Source: Polyangiaceae bacterium
GTDB taxonomy: Bacteria; Myxococcota_A; Polyangia; Polyangiales; Polyangiaceae
DNA: 64,000 nucleotides
Direction of reading: 5' to 3'
NCBI GenBank assembly: GCA_965222375.1
Contig: CBDCTZ010000012.1
Coordinates: 608,001-672,000, forward strand
Position 1 is the first letter of the stretch, and each line of letters opens with the position of its first letter. A program made the translations under genes and the position numbers. The notes under the pieces were generated by a model. The model was not told where the DNA came from. It worked only from the letters and a program-made list of their open reading frames with translations, and ran no database searches. Positions 29,900 through 39,485 of this stretch are shown one piece after another.

Positions 29900-31777
29900 T
29901 CAGTTGCGTAGAACCCAGACTTGTAGCTCGCCACGTTTGTGTCCGAAGCGAGTCGGGTAGCTCGAATCCAATCGATACTTCTTGGGCAGCCAATCCGCTA
30001 GAAACTTGTCGGCGAGCTGCTGCGCCGGGCTGTTCGTAGACCAGAGTGCGTACATGCGTCTCCACAGGCTTGGGTCTGCGGGGTGGATCACGACCACCGT
30101 TGGCGGGCTGGCCTCCAAGGTGGAGAGGTCGGGGGCCAGGGCGCGCGCGGGATACTGATCGACGAATACGATCGCACCGCGTAGGGCCGGGCGGGGCCGC
30201 GCGATCAGGCGCGCAAGGGTGACGTCTTCCGGCAACACCAGCACCGTTCCCGCCTCCCCAGCGAGTTCCTGCGCACGGCGGGCCGCTTGCACCACGACGC
30301 GGCCGCGTGCGCTGACTCGGGTACCCGCCCAGTGGCCGTCCTCCACATGAGACGTTGCTTCGAGGTGTCGCGAGAGCTTATGGCCGAAGAGTACGGAAAG
30401 GCCCAATGCCAACGCCATGGGCTTGGCCCAGCCCAGTCGGGCGCGATCGAGGGCCGCGAACATCAACAAATACGCTATGACGATGATCGGGTTGTTGTCA
30501 TAGAAGGGCCGGAAACCGGGAAAGGACAGGTTGTGGAGCAGGGAACAAGTCAACGCTGCGATGCAGACCGCAAGCAGGGCGTGACCTCGCTCGGCCGCGG
30601 CCCTTCCCTCCGCGTCCTGAGCCGGCAGCCGGGTTCGAGTGGCCGCGAAGACGACCAACGCGCACAGGCCGAAGGCTGGAATCATCTTTGCGCGCTGACT
30701 CCAGGCCAGCACGGAAGCTGACGGGGGTGCCGCATCACTCCAAAGCAACGCAGTCGCAGCGCCGAACCCTCCGAGCAAGACCAGCACGGACAGTAGGGAC
30801 AAGCGTGGGCTGTCGGTCTCATCGCGACGGGACAGATCGAAATCGCCGCTGGCTTGGTATGCGCGCCGAACCAACAGGGCTACCACCAGGGTGAGCCCCA
30901 GGGAGGCTGGCCACGCCGGGAAGCGCCACAGGTACGAGAAGAGATTGAACGCCAGCTTCAGGGATCCGCCCTTGAGAGCGGCGCCATCTACATAGGCGGA
31001 GGCTATGAACCCAGATATCGAGCTCTGAGTGGCGAGCAACAACACCAGGTCGATGCCTACTCCGACCGCCGCACCTGCGACGAAGCGGGGCAAGATGCGC
31101 TTCATGTTGCGGAGGGCGCCTGCGTCCCGACTCAGCAGAGCGAGACCTCCCAAGTAAGCGAAGGCGCAGATCCATCCGAGCGCGATGCCGCTCCCGGTAC
31201 TTTGCTTGAAGGCCAGCGTCACCGCAGCGAGGGCGCCGCTCAAAAGCCAGAGGCGGCTGCAAGGCTTTGCTTTCGCGAGCGCGTGAGCTCCCGCCGCGAT
31301 GCTGCCCCAAGCTAGCAATTGCGCCGTGTGATCGTAGGCGCACTCCTTGTAGAGCTGGATGACCGTGGCCAGAGTCGCGCCGCTCACGAGCAGCGATGTC
31401 AGCGGGCCGCTGAAGGCGCGTGCGATGACGTAGGCAAGCCCAGCCATCCCCAGGTGGCATACGGCGACCAACCACAGCTCTTGTAGCAGCCGCGGGGGAC
31501 CACCGAGGGCCTGTACCGCGGCCATGACGACGAAGGGGCCCGGTGGGATCGGCAGCAGGAAGTCTTGGTAGGGGGTAGAGCCATCGAAGAAGCGCTCCGC
31601 GATAGGTCCGGTCCAGCCCGTGAACTCGCTATCGCCGACCAGGCTGTTGGTTAGGCGGGGGACGGCACGACTCGCGTAGGCCAAGAAAACCAGGGCGAGC
31701 GACGCCAGGCCGCCCCTGACCAGCCACTGCGACGACCGGCCTGCTGGCGGCGGGTTGGGCTCCGAGCGCTGGGTCAC
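29900..31777 (-). CDS. Polytopic membrane protein, possible GT-C fold glycosyltransferase
   Basis: Many TM helices, first-loop PYQDF..PIPPG, AFKQ motif and a soluble C-terminal domain. Confidence 0.55.
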   Translation of the reverse strand: MTQRSEPNPPPAGRSSQWLVRGGLASLALVFLAYASRAVPRLTNSLVGDSEFTGWTGPIAERFFDGSTPYQDFLLPIPPGPFVVMAAVQALGGPPRLLQELWLVAVCHLGMAGLAYVIARAFSGPLTSLLVSGATLATVIQLYKECAYDHTAQLLAWGSIAAGAHALAKAKPCSRLWLLSGALAAVTLAFKQSTGSGIALGWICAFAYLGGLALLSRDAGALRNMKRILPRFVAGAAVGVGIDLVLLLATQSSISGFIASAYVDGAALKGGSLKLAFNLFSYLWRFPAWPASLGLTLVVALLVRRAYQASGDFDLSRRDETDSPRLSLLSVLVLLGGFGAATALLWSDAAPPSASVLAWSQRAKMIPAFGLCALVVFAATRTRLPAQDAEGRAAAERGHALLAVCIAALTCSLLHNLSFPGFRPFYDNNPIIVIAYLLMFAALDRARLGWAKPMALALGLSVLFGHKLSRHLEATSHVEDGHWAGTRVSARGRVVVQAARRAQELAGEAGTVLVLPEDVTLARLIARPRPALRGAIVFVDQYPARALAPDLSTLEASPPTVVVIHPADPSLWRRMYALWSTNSPAQQLADKFLADWLPKKYRLDSSYPTRFGHKRGELQVWVLRN

Positions 31778-31998
31778 GACCTGGAGGAGCCTAGCCTGAT
31801 TTTCCTTCAGCTTCGGCGGGAGGAAGGGCGGACTCCCAGTTTTCGTAGGGAAAATCCTGGCTGACTTGCGGACTCAAGCTCTCGAATCGGCTCCTGGGCC
31901 GAAATTCATTTCGTGCCAGAGCGCATTTCGCGCTAGGCTTCCCGCGGAGCTGGACGGGTCACTCGCGCTCGCTCAGCACGTTCCCAAGGAGGCTTCTC

Positions 31999-32439
31999 GT
32001 GTCGCAGCTTACGCGCGCCGTGCTTGTTGCAAGCGCAGCACTGATTTCCGGACCACTGATGTTCACCTCTTGCGCATCCAGTGATGAAAGCTCTGGGATC
32101 CCGGCGACCGGCGGTGCGGGGGGAGACGCTTCAATCTCCACCGGCGGCACTAGTTCAGGTGGCACGGGTGGCAGCACGACAGGTGGCACCGGCGGCTCCG
32201 GTGCGACGGGCGGTTCCACTACCGGCGGCACCGGTGGTGTTGGCGCCACTGGCGCCACTGGTGGATTCGGAGCGACCGGGGGTGGTGGCTCCAGTGGCAC
32301 CGGCGGTGGGCCTGCGTGCAACCCAGCGTTCTGCCCCTCGGTAGGGTCGGGCACACCTTGTTGCCAGGCAAATGGCGATTGCGGTGTGGACTACGGTTTC
32401 GGAAACGGCTGCGAGCAGCCCACCGGTGCCGACGTCTAG
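31999..32439 (+). CDS. Gly/Thr-rich lipoprotein with small Cys-rich C-terminal domain
   Basis: AAGGAGG RBS, lipobox-like FTSC, TGG repeats, six C-terminal Cys. Confidence 0.75.
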   Translation: MSQLTRAVLVASAALISGPLMFTSCASSDESSGIPATGGAGGDASISTGGTSSGGTGGSTTGGTGGSGATGGSTTGGTGGVGATGATGGFGATGGGGSSGTGGGPACNPAFCPSVGSGTPCCQANGDCGVDYGFGNGCEQPTGADV

Positions 32440-32461
32440 ACGCACAGGCTCGGCCAACGCC

Positions 32462-32494
32462 AAAGCGTCGCGTGCTCCGCACGCGGCGCTTTTT
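32462..32494. terminator. Probable bidirectional intrinsic terminator
   Basis: AAAGCGTCGCGTGC-tcc-GCACGCGGCGCTTTTT between convergent genes. Confidence 0.75.
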
Positions 32495-35400
32495 CATTCC
32501 ATCCGGAAGAGATCGTCCAAGTCGTCTTTGGTGAGCTTCTTGGCACCGCCGCTGTCTTCGGTCAGTACGCTAGCAACGAGGTCCTTCTTCTTCTGCTTCA
32601 GCTGGAGGATCTTCTCCTCGATCGTACCGGCAGCGACCATGCGATAGACGGTCACGACCTTCTTTTGCCCAATGCGGTGGGCTCGGTCTGAGGCTTGGTC
32701 CTCGACGGCGGGGTTCCACCACGGGTCGAAGTGGACCACGGTGTCCGCGGCAGTCAGGTTGAGACCGGAGCCGCCAGCCTTCAGGCTGATGAGAAAGACG
32801 GGGATCGTTGGATCGTTCTGAAAACTGTCGATTCGCTCGGGTCGATCGGTCGTGCTTCCGTCCAGGTACTGATACCGGATCCTGTCCTCGTCCAAGGCCT
32901 GGGCAAGCAGTTTCAGCATCGAAACGAACTGGCTGAATATCAACACCTTGTGTCCGCCGGACTCGACCTCGTCGACGAGTTCCCGAACTGCCGATAGCTT
33001 GCCGCTGTCTTCGTGGGAAAACTCCCGAGGCAGTCCCAGCAGCCGTGGATCGCATGCCGCTTGTCGCAGCTTGGTGAGTCCCGCCAAGATATGGATCTGG
33101 CTCTTGGCTAGCCCGACTCGTTCGACTTCACCCATGACTTGCGCGCGCACCTCGCGCAGCACCTGCAGGTAGATGGCTTTCTGATCTGGCGTCAGGTCAA
33201 TGACCTTGTCAATCTCGATCTTGGGAGGCAGGTCCTTGGCCACTTCGTTTTTGGTGCGGCGCAAGATGAAGGGGTGAATCGTGGCTCTCAAGCGTGCCGC
33301 AGTCTTCGAGTCGCCCTGGTCAATGGGCCGGGCGAAGCGCTCCTCGAACTTCGGCAAGGGCCCCAAGAGCCCCGGGCTGACGAATTCGAAAATGCTCCAG
33401 ATCTCCGAGAGACGATTTTCGATCGGCGTTCCCGTCAGTGCCAGCCTGCGGGCTGCCGTGAGGTCCTTGGCAGCTGCCGCGGTCGCTGACATCGGGTTCT
33501 TGATGGCCTGAGCCTCGTCCAGGATGGCGTAGTCCAGGTCCAGCTTCTTGAGCAGGTCGATGTCCCGACGCAACAGTGCGTAGCTGGTGATGATGACGTT
33601 GGCGCTCTCCAGTTCCATTTTCTGACCCTTACGACCCGCGCCATGCCAAAGCGCGGTCGTGAGGGAAGGCCCAAACCGTTCGATCTCTCGCACCCAGTTC
33701 GTCACGACGCTGGTGGGCGCGACGATCAGCGCGCGAAGGGGCTTGCTCTTCTTCTCTTGCTTGAGGCTCAGCAGCAGCGCAATGGTCTGGACGGTCTTGC
33801 CCAAGCCCATGTCGTCGGCGAGCACGCCACCCGATGCGATCTCGTGAATGAAGCGCAGCCAGGAAAGACCTTGCTCCTGGTAGGGCCGCAGTGTGGCCTT
33901 CAAACCCCGGGGCTTCTTCACGGTCTTGATTTCGTCGATGTCTGCGAGCTTCTGGAAGAGCTGCTTGGCGCCGGCAGCGACGCTAACTTCGGAAGCTTGC
34001 TCCAATAGGTCTTGAATTCGACCGGCGTGAGAGAGGGGTACGTGGCCGTTCTTTCCTGCGGCCGCCATGAGCTCGATTTCCCGATCGATCATGGCCTGCA
34101 CCTTCTTGGAGTCGATCTCCGCGTAGGTGTCGTCCGAAAGCCGAACGAACTTCTTCCCTTCTTGAAGGCTCTTGATCAGTTCTTCGCGATCCACTCCGAT
34201 GCCACCGCTCTCGTAGCTGACTTTGACGCTTAGCCAGTCAACGCCGCTGGAAACGCGGGCGTTCATGGTGACGGCTTTGCTCCGTACCTGCGTGCCGACA
34301 AGGTGCTCGGGCACGTATAGGTCCCACTTCTTGGGTAGTTGCGCCACGCCCTCGGACCAGAACGCAATGGCGCGGTCCCCATCGGCCACGAAGGTGCCGC
34401 CGCTCTCGTCGCCGCTGAGGCCTGCATCCAGCAACTCGTTCACCGCATTCTGTTGGGCGACGATGTCGGTGCGAATGCAGGTTGCGCGTTTCTGCCCTTC
34501 CTCGGGCGGCAGGATGATGATGGGCGGAGAAATACCATCGGCGCGGACCTCGACCTCCAGGTCCCCGTAGGCGGCGCGGAGCTGGGCTTGGACCTCGGTG
34601 ATTCCTCCCGTCGCGCGAAGCCGGAACTTTGGTTCCAGGTCGACCACTGCTGCAACCTGGCTGAGCTCGGGCAAGTCAGCGCCTATTTCGCCAGCAACCC
34701 GTGGGAGGCCGTCCGTGATCATGCTGATCAGCTCACTGGCGGGCTCAGCGATGGTCGGGCTGCGCAGGATGCGTCGAAGGGCCGCCGGCGAGAGCCGCGA
34801 ATCGATGGGTCGGGCAATGCCTTCACTCGTGTCGATATGCCAGCCGGGCGCACCCTCGAACCAGCCGCCGTTGGTCAGTTGAAAGCGGCGGCCGTCCCCA
34901 GGCCGCTCAAACGTGATTTTGGCAACGATGGTTTCGGCCCCGACCATCTCGAGATCGAAGCGGGGCTTCAGGGTTTCCTCGACGAAGCGAAGCTGCATCA
35001 AGGCCGGCTCGAGCAAGACTCGGCGATCCTTCAACAATGGCATGAGCTCGGCCGCATCCTCGCCGCGAATGTCCACCGCGGGGTGGCGGGGATTGCCACT
35101 CTCGAAGCGCGCCAGCACTCGGAGCCCCGCGCGATCCGGTGTTGGCGCCAGGGCCTGCCAAGAGAGGGCAACGCTCGGCAGAAGCGGCACCCGGGCATCC
35201 GTGTCCAATACGGTCACGGTCAGCCCTCCTTGGCGGACGTGCACTCTGAATTCCAAATTCTGCACCCGAACCGCGCCTTCGGGCGGAAGCCACGCGCCTA
35301 TTCCGGTGGGTCGAGCGCTCGCATCTGGCGATGGCGGCGTGGCCAGACCCGGAGGAACCGCGTGAACTTGGGCTTGCGCGCGCCGGCGTCGCTCCCGGCG

Positions 35401-35784
35401 ACGGCTACTCTTGGATCCGTCCTGCTGACCTGCGGCGGTCGAGGGCGGGGCCGCCTGCACTTCCCGACGAGGCAGCTTGGCGCGAGCCTGGTTGCGTACG
35501 GTAATCAGCAGGGCTGCAACGTGCTTGCAGTGTTGCCCCGACTTCTGGAATGCCGGACAGGTGCAATGACTCGTGATGCCTTCGCCTCCGAGTCGTATGG
35601 TGACTTCGTAGGGATCAGGATCTGAGCCCTTCACCTTGCCCGAGGCGCTGGCTTCGTTGACACCGACTTCCTCGACGACGCGACGTTTTTCGTAGTCGAG
35701 CCCACGAAGGAACGTCCGTGCTCCTAGCAGGCGGCGGAGTCCGCGGTCAGAAAGTGTGGATAGCGCGTCAGCTAACGACGACAA
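32494..35784 (-). CDS. SWIM zinc finger-SNF2 family ATP-dependent helicase/translocase
   Basis: CTC...CKH (SWIM), LADDMGLGKT, DEAQ, LTGTPIEN, FSQF, DPWWNP, DRAHRIGQ. GGAG RBS before the TTG start. Confidence 0.95.
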   Translation of the reverse strand: MSSLADALSTLSDRGLRRLLGARTFLRGLDYEKRRVVEEVGVNEASASGKVKGSDPDPYEVTIRLGGEGITSHCTCPAFQKSGQHCKHVAALLITVRNQARAKLPRREVQAAPPSTAAGQQDGSKSSRRRERRRRAQAQVHAVPPGLATPPSPDASARPTGIGAWLPPEGAVRVQNLEFRVHVRQGGLTVTVLDTDARVPLLPSVALSWQALAPTPDRAGLRVLARFESGNPRHPAVDIRGEDAAELMPLLKDRRVLLEPALMQLRFVEETLKPRFDLEMVGAETIVAKITFERPGDGRRFQLTNGGWFEGAPGWHIDTSEGIARPIDSRLSPAALRRILRSPTIAEPASELISMITDGLPRVAGEIGADLPELSQVAAVVDLEPKFRLRATGGITEVQAQLRAAYGDLEVEVRADGISPPIIILPPEEGQKRATCIRTDIVAQQNAVNELLDAGLSGDESGGTFVADGDRAIAFWSEGVAQLPKKWDLYVPEHLVGTQVRSKAVTMNARVSSGVDWLSVKVSYESGGIGVDREELIKSLQEGKKFVRLSDDTYAEIDSKKVQAMIDREIELMAAAGKNGHVPLSHAGRIQDLLEQASEVSVAAGAKQLFQKLADIDEIKTVKKPRGLKATLRPYQEQGLSWLRFIHEIASGGVLADDMGLGKTVQTIALLLSLKQEKKSKPLRALIVAPTSVVTNWVREIERFGPSLTTALWHGAGRKGQKMELESANVIITSYALLRRDIDLLKKLDLDYAILDEAQAIKNPMSATAAAAKDLTAARRLALTGTPIENRLSEIWSIFEFVSPGLLGPLPKFEERFARPIDQGDSKTAARLRATIHPFILRRTKNEVAKDLPPKIEIDKVIDLTPDQKAIYLQVLREVRAQVMGEVERVGLAKSQIHILAGLTKLRQAACDPRLLGLPREFSHEDSGKLSAVRELVDEVESGGHKVLIFSQFVSMLKLLAQALDEDRIRYQYLDGSTTDRPERIDSFQNDPTIPVFLISLKAGGSGLNLTAADTVVHFDPWWNPAVEDQASDRAHRIGQKKVVTVYRMVAAGTIEEKILQLKQKKKDLVASVLTEDSGGAKKLTKDDLDDLFRME

Positions 35785-35843
35785 CTTGATTCTCCGGTTC
35801 TCATAAGGGTTGGCAAGCGATGACTGGGTGTTCGAGCGGCCGT

Positions 35844-38006
35844 TTAGGCAAAAATCAGCGAGAATGCGACGAGGATTGTGGCAGTGCAGGCCTGGACCGC
35901 CAGCAATGCAGCAGGGGCGGCAGCGTGGCCCACAGCATCGGCCAAGGCGTCGCCGCCGAGGGCGGCGTCGAAATCCGAGTGAGACGTATTCGGTCGCGCT
36001 TGGCGCCGCGAGGCAGACAGAGTCAGGCGCGTACCTTCCGCCAGCAGGCTTACCGCGAGAGCAGAGACGGCAGCCACCAGCACGAGACCCACCAGACTCT
36101 GACCTGCGAGGCCGAGTTGAGCCCGCGGCAGGCTCAACCTCAGCACCGAGAACAACGCTACGGGCATCGCAATCAAGCCCAGAACTGTCGGGACCACGCG
36201 GCGGAAGCTTCCCCGGAGGGACAGATCCAGGCAGGCTTTGTAGCTCGGCGAAAAATCGTCAGGCAGCCGCACTCGGCCGCGCTCCCGTGGGAACGCGCGA
36301 AGCTGGCGTTCAACTTCAAGCGTGACACTCCGTGACGCGGTGACGCTATGGCGCAGCGTGTCGCCCGCGTATGCCATGGCCACCCCGAAACCGAGAGCGC
36401 CACACCAAAGTACGATGGGATCGACCAGGTTGACCGGCTGTGTGGCGGCAGCTGGCGAGAGCACTGTGACGGCTGCGGTGAGCGCACTCAGGCCGGCCAA
36501 GCCGTATAGATGCGCTTGCGCAACCGCCCCGCCCACGAACCCGGCATCGTCCAGGCGCATTGCCCGCCGCTCCGCCTCTGGGGAAGACGCTCGTGGCGCG
36601 AGAGTTCCGACGCCCCGCGCGGCGTCGGCGATGGCGCTGAATGCGCCTAGAGCGAGAGCATAGGGGCCGGCGCAAGACATGGCTGCGAGCACCAACACGA
36701 CACCAACCAGGCCCGAGAGGGGAACGTCCGAACTACCCGCGACCATGGCCGCGGCCGTGACGGATAGGCCCAGGAGCAGCAGGGGTAACGCGCTGGCGCG
36801 CAGCCCAGAGGAAAGACCTTGGGCAATTGCCGCGGCGTCGCCCACGCGGAAGGAGTCGCTCACTTCACGCACGGCGCCCAATCGCTTGTCGACCCGGAGT
36901 CGCGCAACATGCGCCGCAACGCCCAGGCCGAGCACACCAACGGCTCCAGCAAAGATGAAGGGAGACGCTCGACCGCCTAGTAGCCAGTGGGCGGCGCCCC
37001 CGAGAGCGCCCAGAGTGATGAGCACGCTCGTGGCCTGGCCACGCCAGAGGCCCGCAGCGACGTTCGCGTTCTCCTCGGTCCGCACGGTCATTACTGCGAA
37101 GCCGCCGCTGACCACCGCGAACGCTCGAACAGTGGCCGGAAGGAACACCACCGGAAGGATAGACAAAGGATCTTGTCGGTGAAGACTGACCAGAGTGGCG
37201 CCCAGCAAAGCGATGGTCACGTTCACGAGCGTCGCAGACGTGAATAGATCGACGGCGCGTCGTGCGGCGACACCCACGTAGTCGCCGACGAGATCAGCAA
37301 CAACCGCGGGGTTCTTTGCGTCATCATGGCTCAATCCAGCATCGCGCTCGCCTGCCAAGTCCGCCGCGATGTCTCCGGCGTTGTGGAACACACAACCGGC
37401 TCGCTGCACGATCAGAGCGGCGACGGCTGCACCGAGGGCGAAGCCCGGGCAGACTGCGGCAACGGCCGCATACAGGTCCGCTGCCACGGCGGGGGCAGCA
37501 GAAAACCCTCCCTTCATGGCGAACAGTAGGGAGAAGGGGAGGGCGACGCCAATGACGCTCACGGCCTCCACGAACAACCCTGCTGCTCCAGCGCCTCGAA
37601 CCCCAACGGCGAGGGCAGCGTCCGTGCTCGTTCTCGCCGCTGACAGCACTCGAAGGCTGGCCGTGAGGGCAGACTGCGCCGTGGTGCGAGCAACCAGACC
37701 GCCGCAAGCTGCCCCGATCGCCAACCCCAGTGCCGCCCAGAACGCGACCTCCAAACGGGACAGGACGGCTTCGGATGGCGCCAAGGCGGCGTGGGCCCCG
37801 AAAGACACCGCCGCCAGGACGCCGCCCGCGAGGGCGATCAGCCGCAGCTCCTCCTGGACGAAGGTGTCCACGGCGCGCTTCAACGCGCTGGAAATCCGGC
37901 GAAGCTCTGCCCCTGCAGCATCACGGGTGGTGAGCCAACGTGCGAGTATGACTGCAAACACGAGTCCGCAGAACTCGAGAGCGAGGATCAGCCCAAATTG
38001 GGTCAC
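35844..38006 (-). CDS. Degenerate membrane-bound H+/Na+-translocating pyrophosphatase homologue (probable pseudo-enzyme)
   Basis: Colinear with the HppA family over 720 aa (DIAADLAG, DDAKNPAVVADLVGD, EVERQ, PSYKACLD), but most catalytic motifs are altered. Confidence 0.85.
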   Translation of the reverse strand: MTQFGLILALEFCGLVFAVILARWLTTRDAAGAELRRISSALKRAVDTFVQEELRLIALAGGVLAAVSFGAHAALAPSEAVLSRLEVAFWAALGLAIGAACGGLVARTTAQSALTASLRVLSAARTSTDAALAVGVRGAGAAGLFVEAVSVIGVALPFSLLFAMKGGFSAAPAVAADLYAAVAAVCPGFALGAAVAALIVQRAGCVFHNAGDIAADLAGERDAGLSHDDAKNPAVVADLVGDYVGVAARRAVDLFTSATLVNVTIALLGATLVSLHRQDPLSILPVVFLPATVRAFAVVSGGFAVMTVRTEENANVAAGLWRGQATSVLITLGALGGAAHWLLGGRASPFIFAGAVGVLGLGVAAHVARLRVDKRLGAVREVSDSFRVGDAAAIAQGLSSGLRASALPLLLLGLSVTAAAMVAGSSDVPLSGLVGVVLVLAAMSCAGPYALALGAFSAIADAARGVGTLAPRASSPEAERRAMRLDDAGFVGGAVAQAHLYGLAGLSALTAAVTVLSPAAATQPVNLVDPIVLWCGALGFGVAMAYAGDTLRHSVTASRSVTLEVERQLRAFPRERGRVRLPDDFSPSYKACLDLSLRGSFRRVVPTVLGLIAMPVALFSVLRLSLPRAQLGLAGQSLVGLVLVAAVSALAVSLLAEGTRLTLSASRRQARPNTSHSDFDAALGGDALADAVGHAAAPAALLAVQACTATILVAFSLIFA

Positions 38007-38292
38007 GACATTTCTTGATTGCGCGTGCGCTTGTTACGCACCGTGGGCGCTGCGACTCCGACAAGGGCTTTGCGAGAGGGTTCCTCTCGTCCGTGGGGCA
38101 CCTCCGAGACACACGAAGGAGCCATAGGGTCTCCGCCGTGATGTCGGGACGCTCCCCCGCAGGAGCGCAAGCGAGAGCGGTGGTAACATGTACCCCGAGA
38201 CCCAGCAAGCTCGATCTTGGCGCCTGACGCCTCCCTGGGTTGAGGCCGCCGCTGCCCTGGTGGAGGGAAGTCTAGCCGTCCTGGGGTGACCG

Positions 38293-38913
38293 CTAGCGCG
38301 GCGAGCTGCCGGCCTGCATGACCATCAGGTGGTACTTGCCGAATTCGTTCTGCCCCAATGTGAACAAAACCTCGATCAGGAGCCGGTAGGGCGTCGTTTC
38401 GTCGGCAACGATGATGGCCTCGGAGGCCGCGGGATCGAGGCCCTTGGCCTGTCGGATGAGCTTGTCCGTCTTGCGGGCCGCCTGCAGAGCATTGCCAAGG
38501 GGCACGATGTACAGGTCGTTGGGACCGCTGCGCTTGTTGCGGGCGCCCACACCGGTCTGAGCCATGCTCTCGCGGCTGGGCAGGGTCACGACTCTGTCGT
38601 CCGCGACGAGGATCTGCGACTTGGACACCGTCACGACCACGCCTTCGTCGCTGGGCTGAGTTCGGACGATGGACTTGGGCAACTGAAGATCGTCGCTCTG
38701 CGGCACGCTGGCGCTGGATTCGCCGAGGCTCTTCAGGAGGAACACCAGGATGATCGTCATGATGTCGAGCATCGCGGTGATGTTGAGGAAGTTGATCTCA
38801 GGCTCGACCGCGTTGCGCCGAATCGCCTTGCGCAGTTCTGCCTTGTAGCGGACGACAGACGGCTTCTTGGGCGGCGCGGCGCCTCCGGGCGGGACCTGAC
38901 CTGATTGACTCAT
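38293..38913 (-). CDS. ExbD/TolR family protein (AglS-like, second motor)
   Basis: LNITAMLDIMTIILVFLL TM with the conserved Asp. ADETTPY motif. Confidence 0.9.
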   Translation of the reverse strand: MSQSGQVPPGGAAPPKKPSVVRYKAELRKAIRRNAVEPEINFLNITAMLDIMTIILVFLLKSLGESSASVPQSDDLQLPKSIVRTQPSDEGVVVTVSKSQILVADDRVVTLPSRESMAQTGVGARNKRSGPNDLYIVPLGNALQAARKTDKLIRQAKGLDPAASEAIIVADETTPYRLLIEVLFTLGQNEFGKYHLMVMQAGSSPR

Positions 38914-39461
38914 CGCGGCACCTTGAAGTTCACGTCCTCAAAAAGCGGGTCACCCCTGGGCGTGGCGCGCAAAGCGTCAATCGTGGCGATCAGGGTCTGA
39001 TAGTCCGTGCCTGGGTTGGCAGTGATGAAGACTTGGGTCTCGTCGGCGAAGTCCGGATTGGCCTTCTTCAGCTTGGCCGCGCAACCGTTGAGCGCGTCGA
39101 AGTTGTAGGTCGCGCCCTTCTTGGGGATCGTGATGCCGGCGCCGGGGCCTTCGCAACCCGGTGCGATGTTGCCACCGGATGCTTTGATCGAGAAGCCGTC
39201 ATTGACGATGAACACCGTCAGGTTGAGTGCGGAGCTTTCGACCTGACGCACCCCACTGGACTTGCTCGCAGGCGGCTGGGTGTCGATCGTTGCGGTGAAG
39301 GTTACCGCGACGGTCGCCAGCACGAAGATCAAAATGTTCACGATGATGTCGAGGAACGGCACGATGTTGAGCTCGCCGCCCTCCTCATCCGGGGACAGCT
39401 CCCTCGGCTGGCTAAGGCGGCGGATCTTGCCGCGCTGCGCTGCAGTGAGCGAGTCAGACAT
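38910..39461 (-). CDS. ExbD/TolR family protein (AglQ-like, second motor)
   Basis: ELNIVPFLDIIVNILIFVL. C-terminal Y..LI.TIDA.R motif. Confidence 0.9.
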   Translation of the reverse strand: MSDSLTAAQRGKIRRLSQPRELSPDEEGGELNIVPFLDIIVNILIFVLATVAVTFTATIDTQPPASKSSGVRQVESSALNLTVFIVNDGFSIKASGGNIAPGCEGPGAGITIPKKGATYNFDALNGCAAKLKKANPDFADETQVFITANPGTDYQTLIATIDALRATPRGDPLFEDVNFKVPR

Positions 39462-39485
39462 GGGTCAGGAGTTCGCCCCGTGCCC

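Noticed and set aside
32494..35784. SNF2 or MazG (248-1093) as parts of an anti-phage defence island
   Set aside because: There are no nucleases, methylases or other defence genes nearby. Both sit in housekeeping context with normal base composition.
35844..38006. Calling the degenerate pyrophosphatase a pseudogene or a functional hppA
   Set aside because: It has no frameshift or internal stop and keeps its hydrophobic pattern, so it is not an evident pseudogene. Too many catalytic residues are missing to name it hppA.
38040..38110. GCAAAGCC next to a hairpin upstream of the pseudo-pyrophosphatase, resembling a c-di-GMP-I riboswitch
   Set aside because: The GGCAAAC...GAAA tetraloop stem and the second stem of the consensus are absent.
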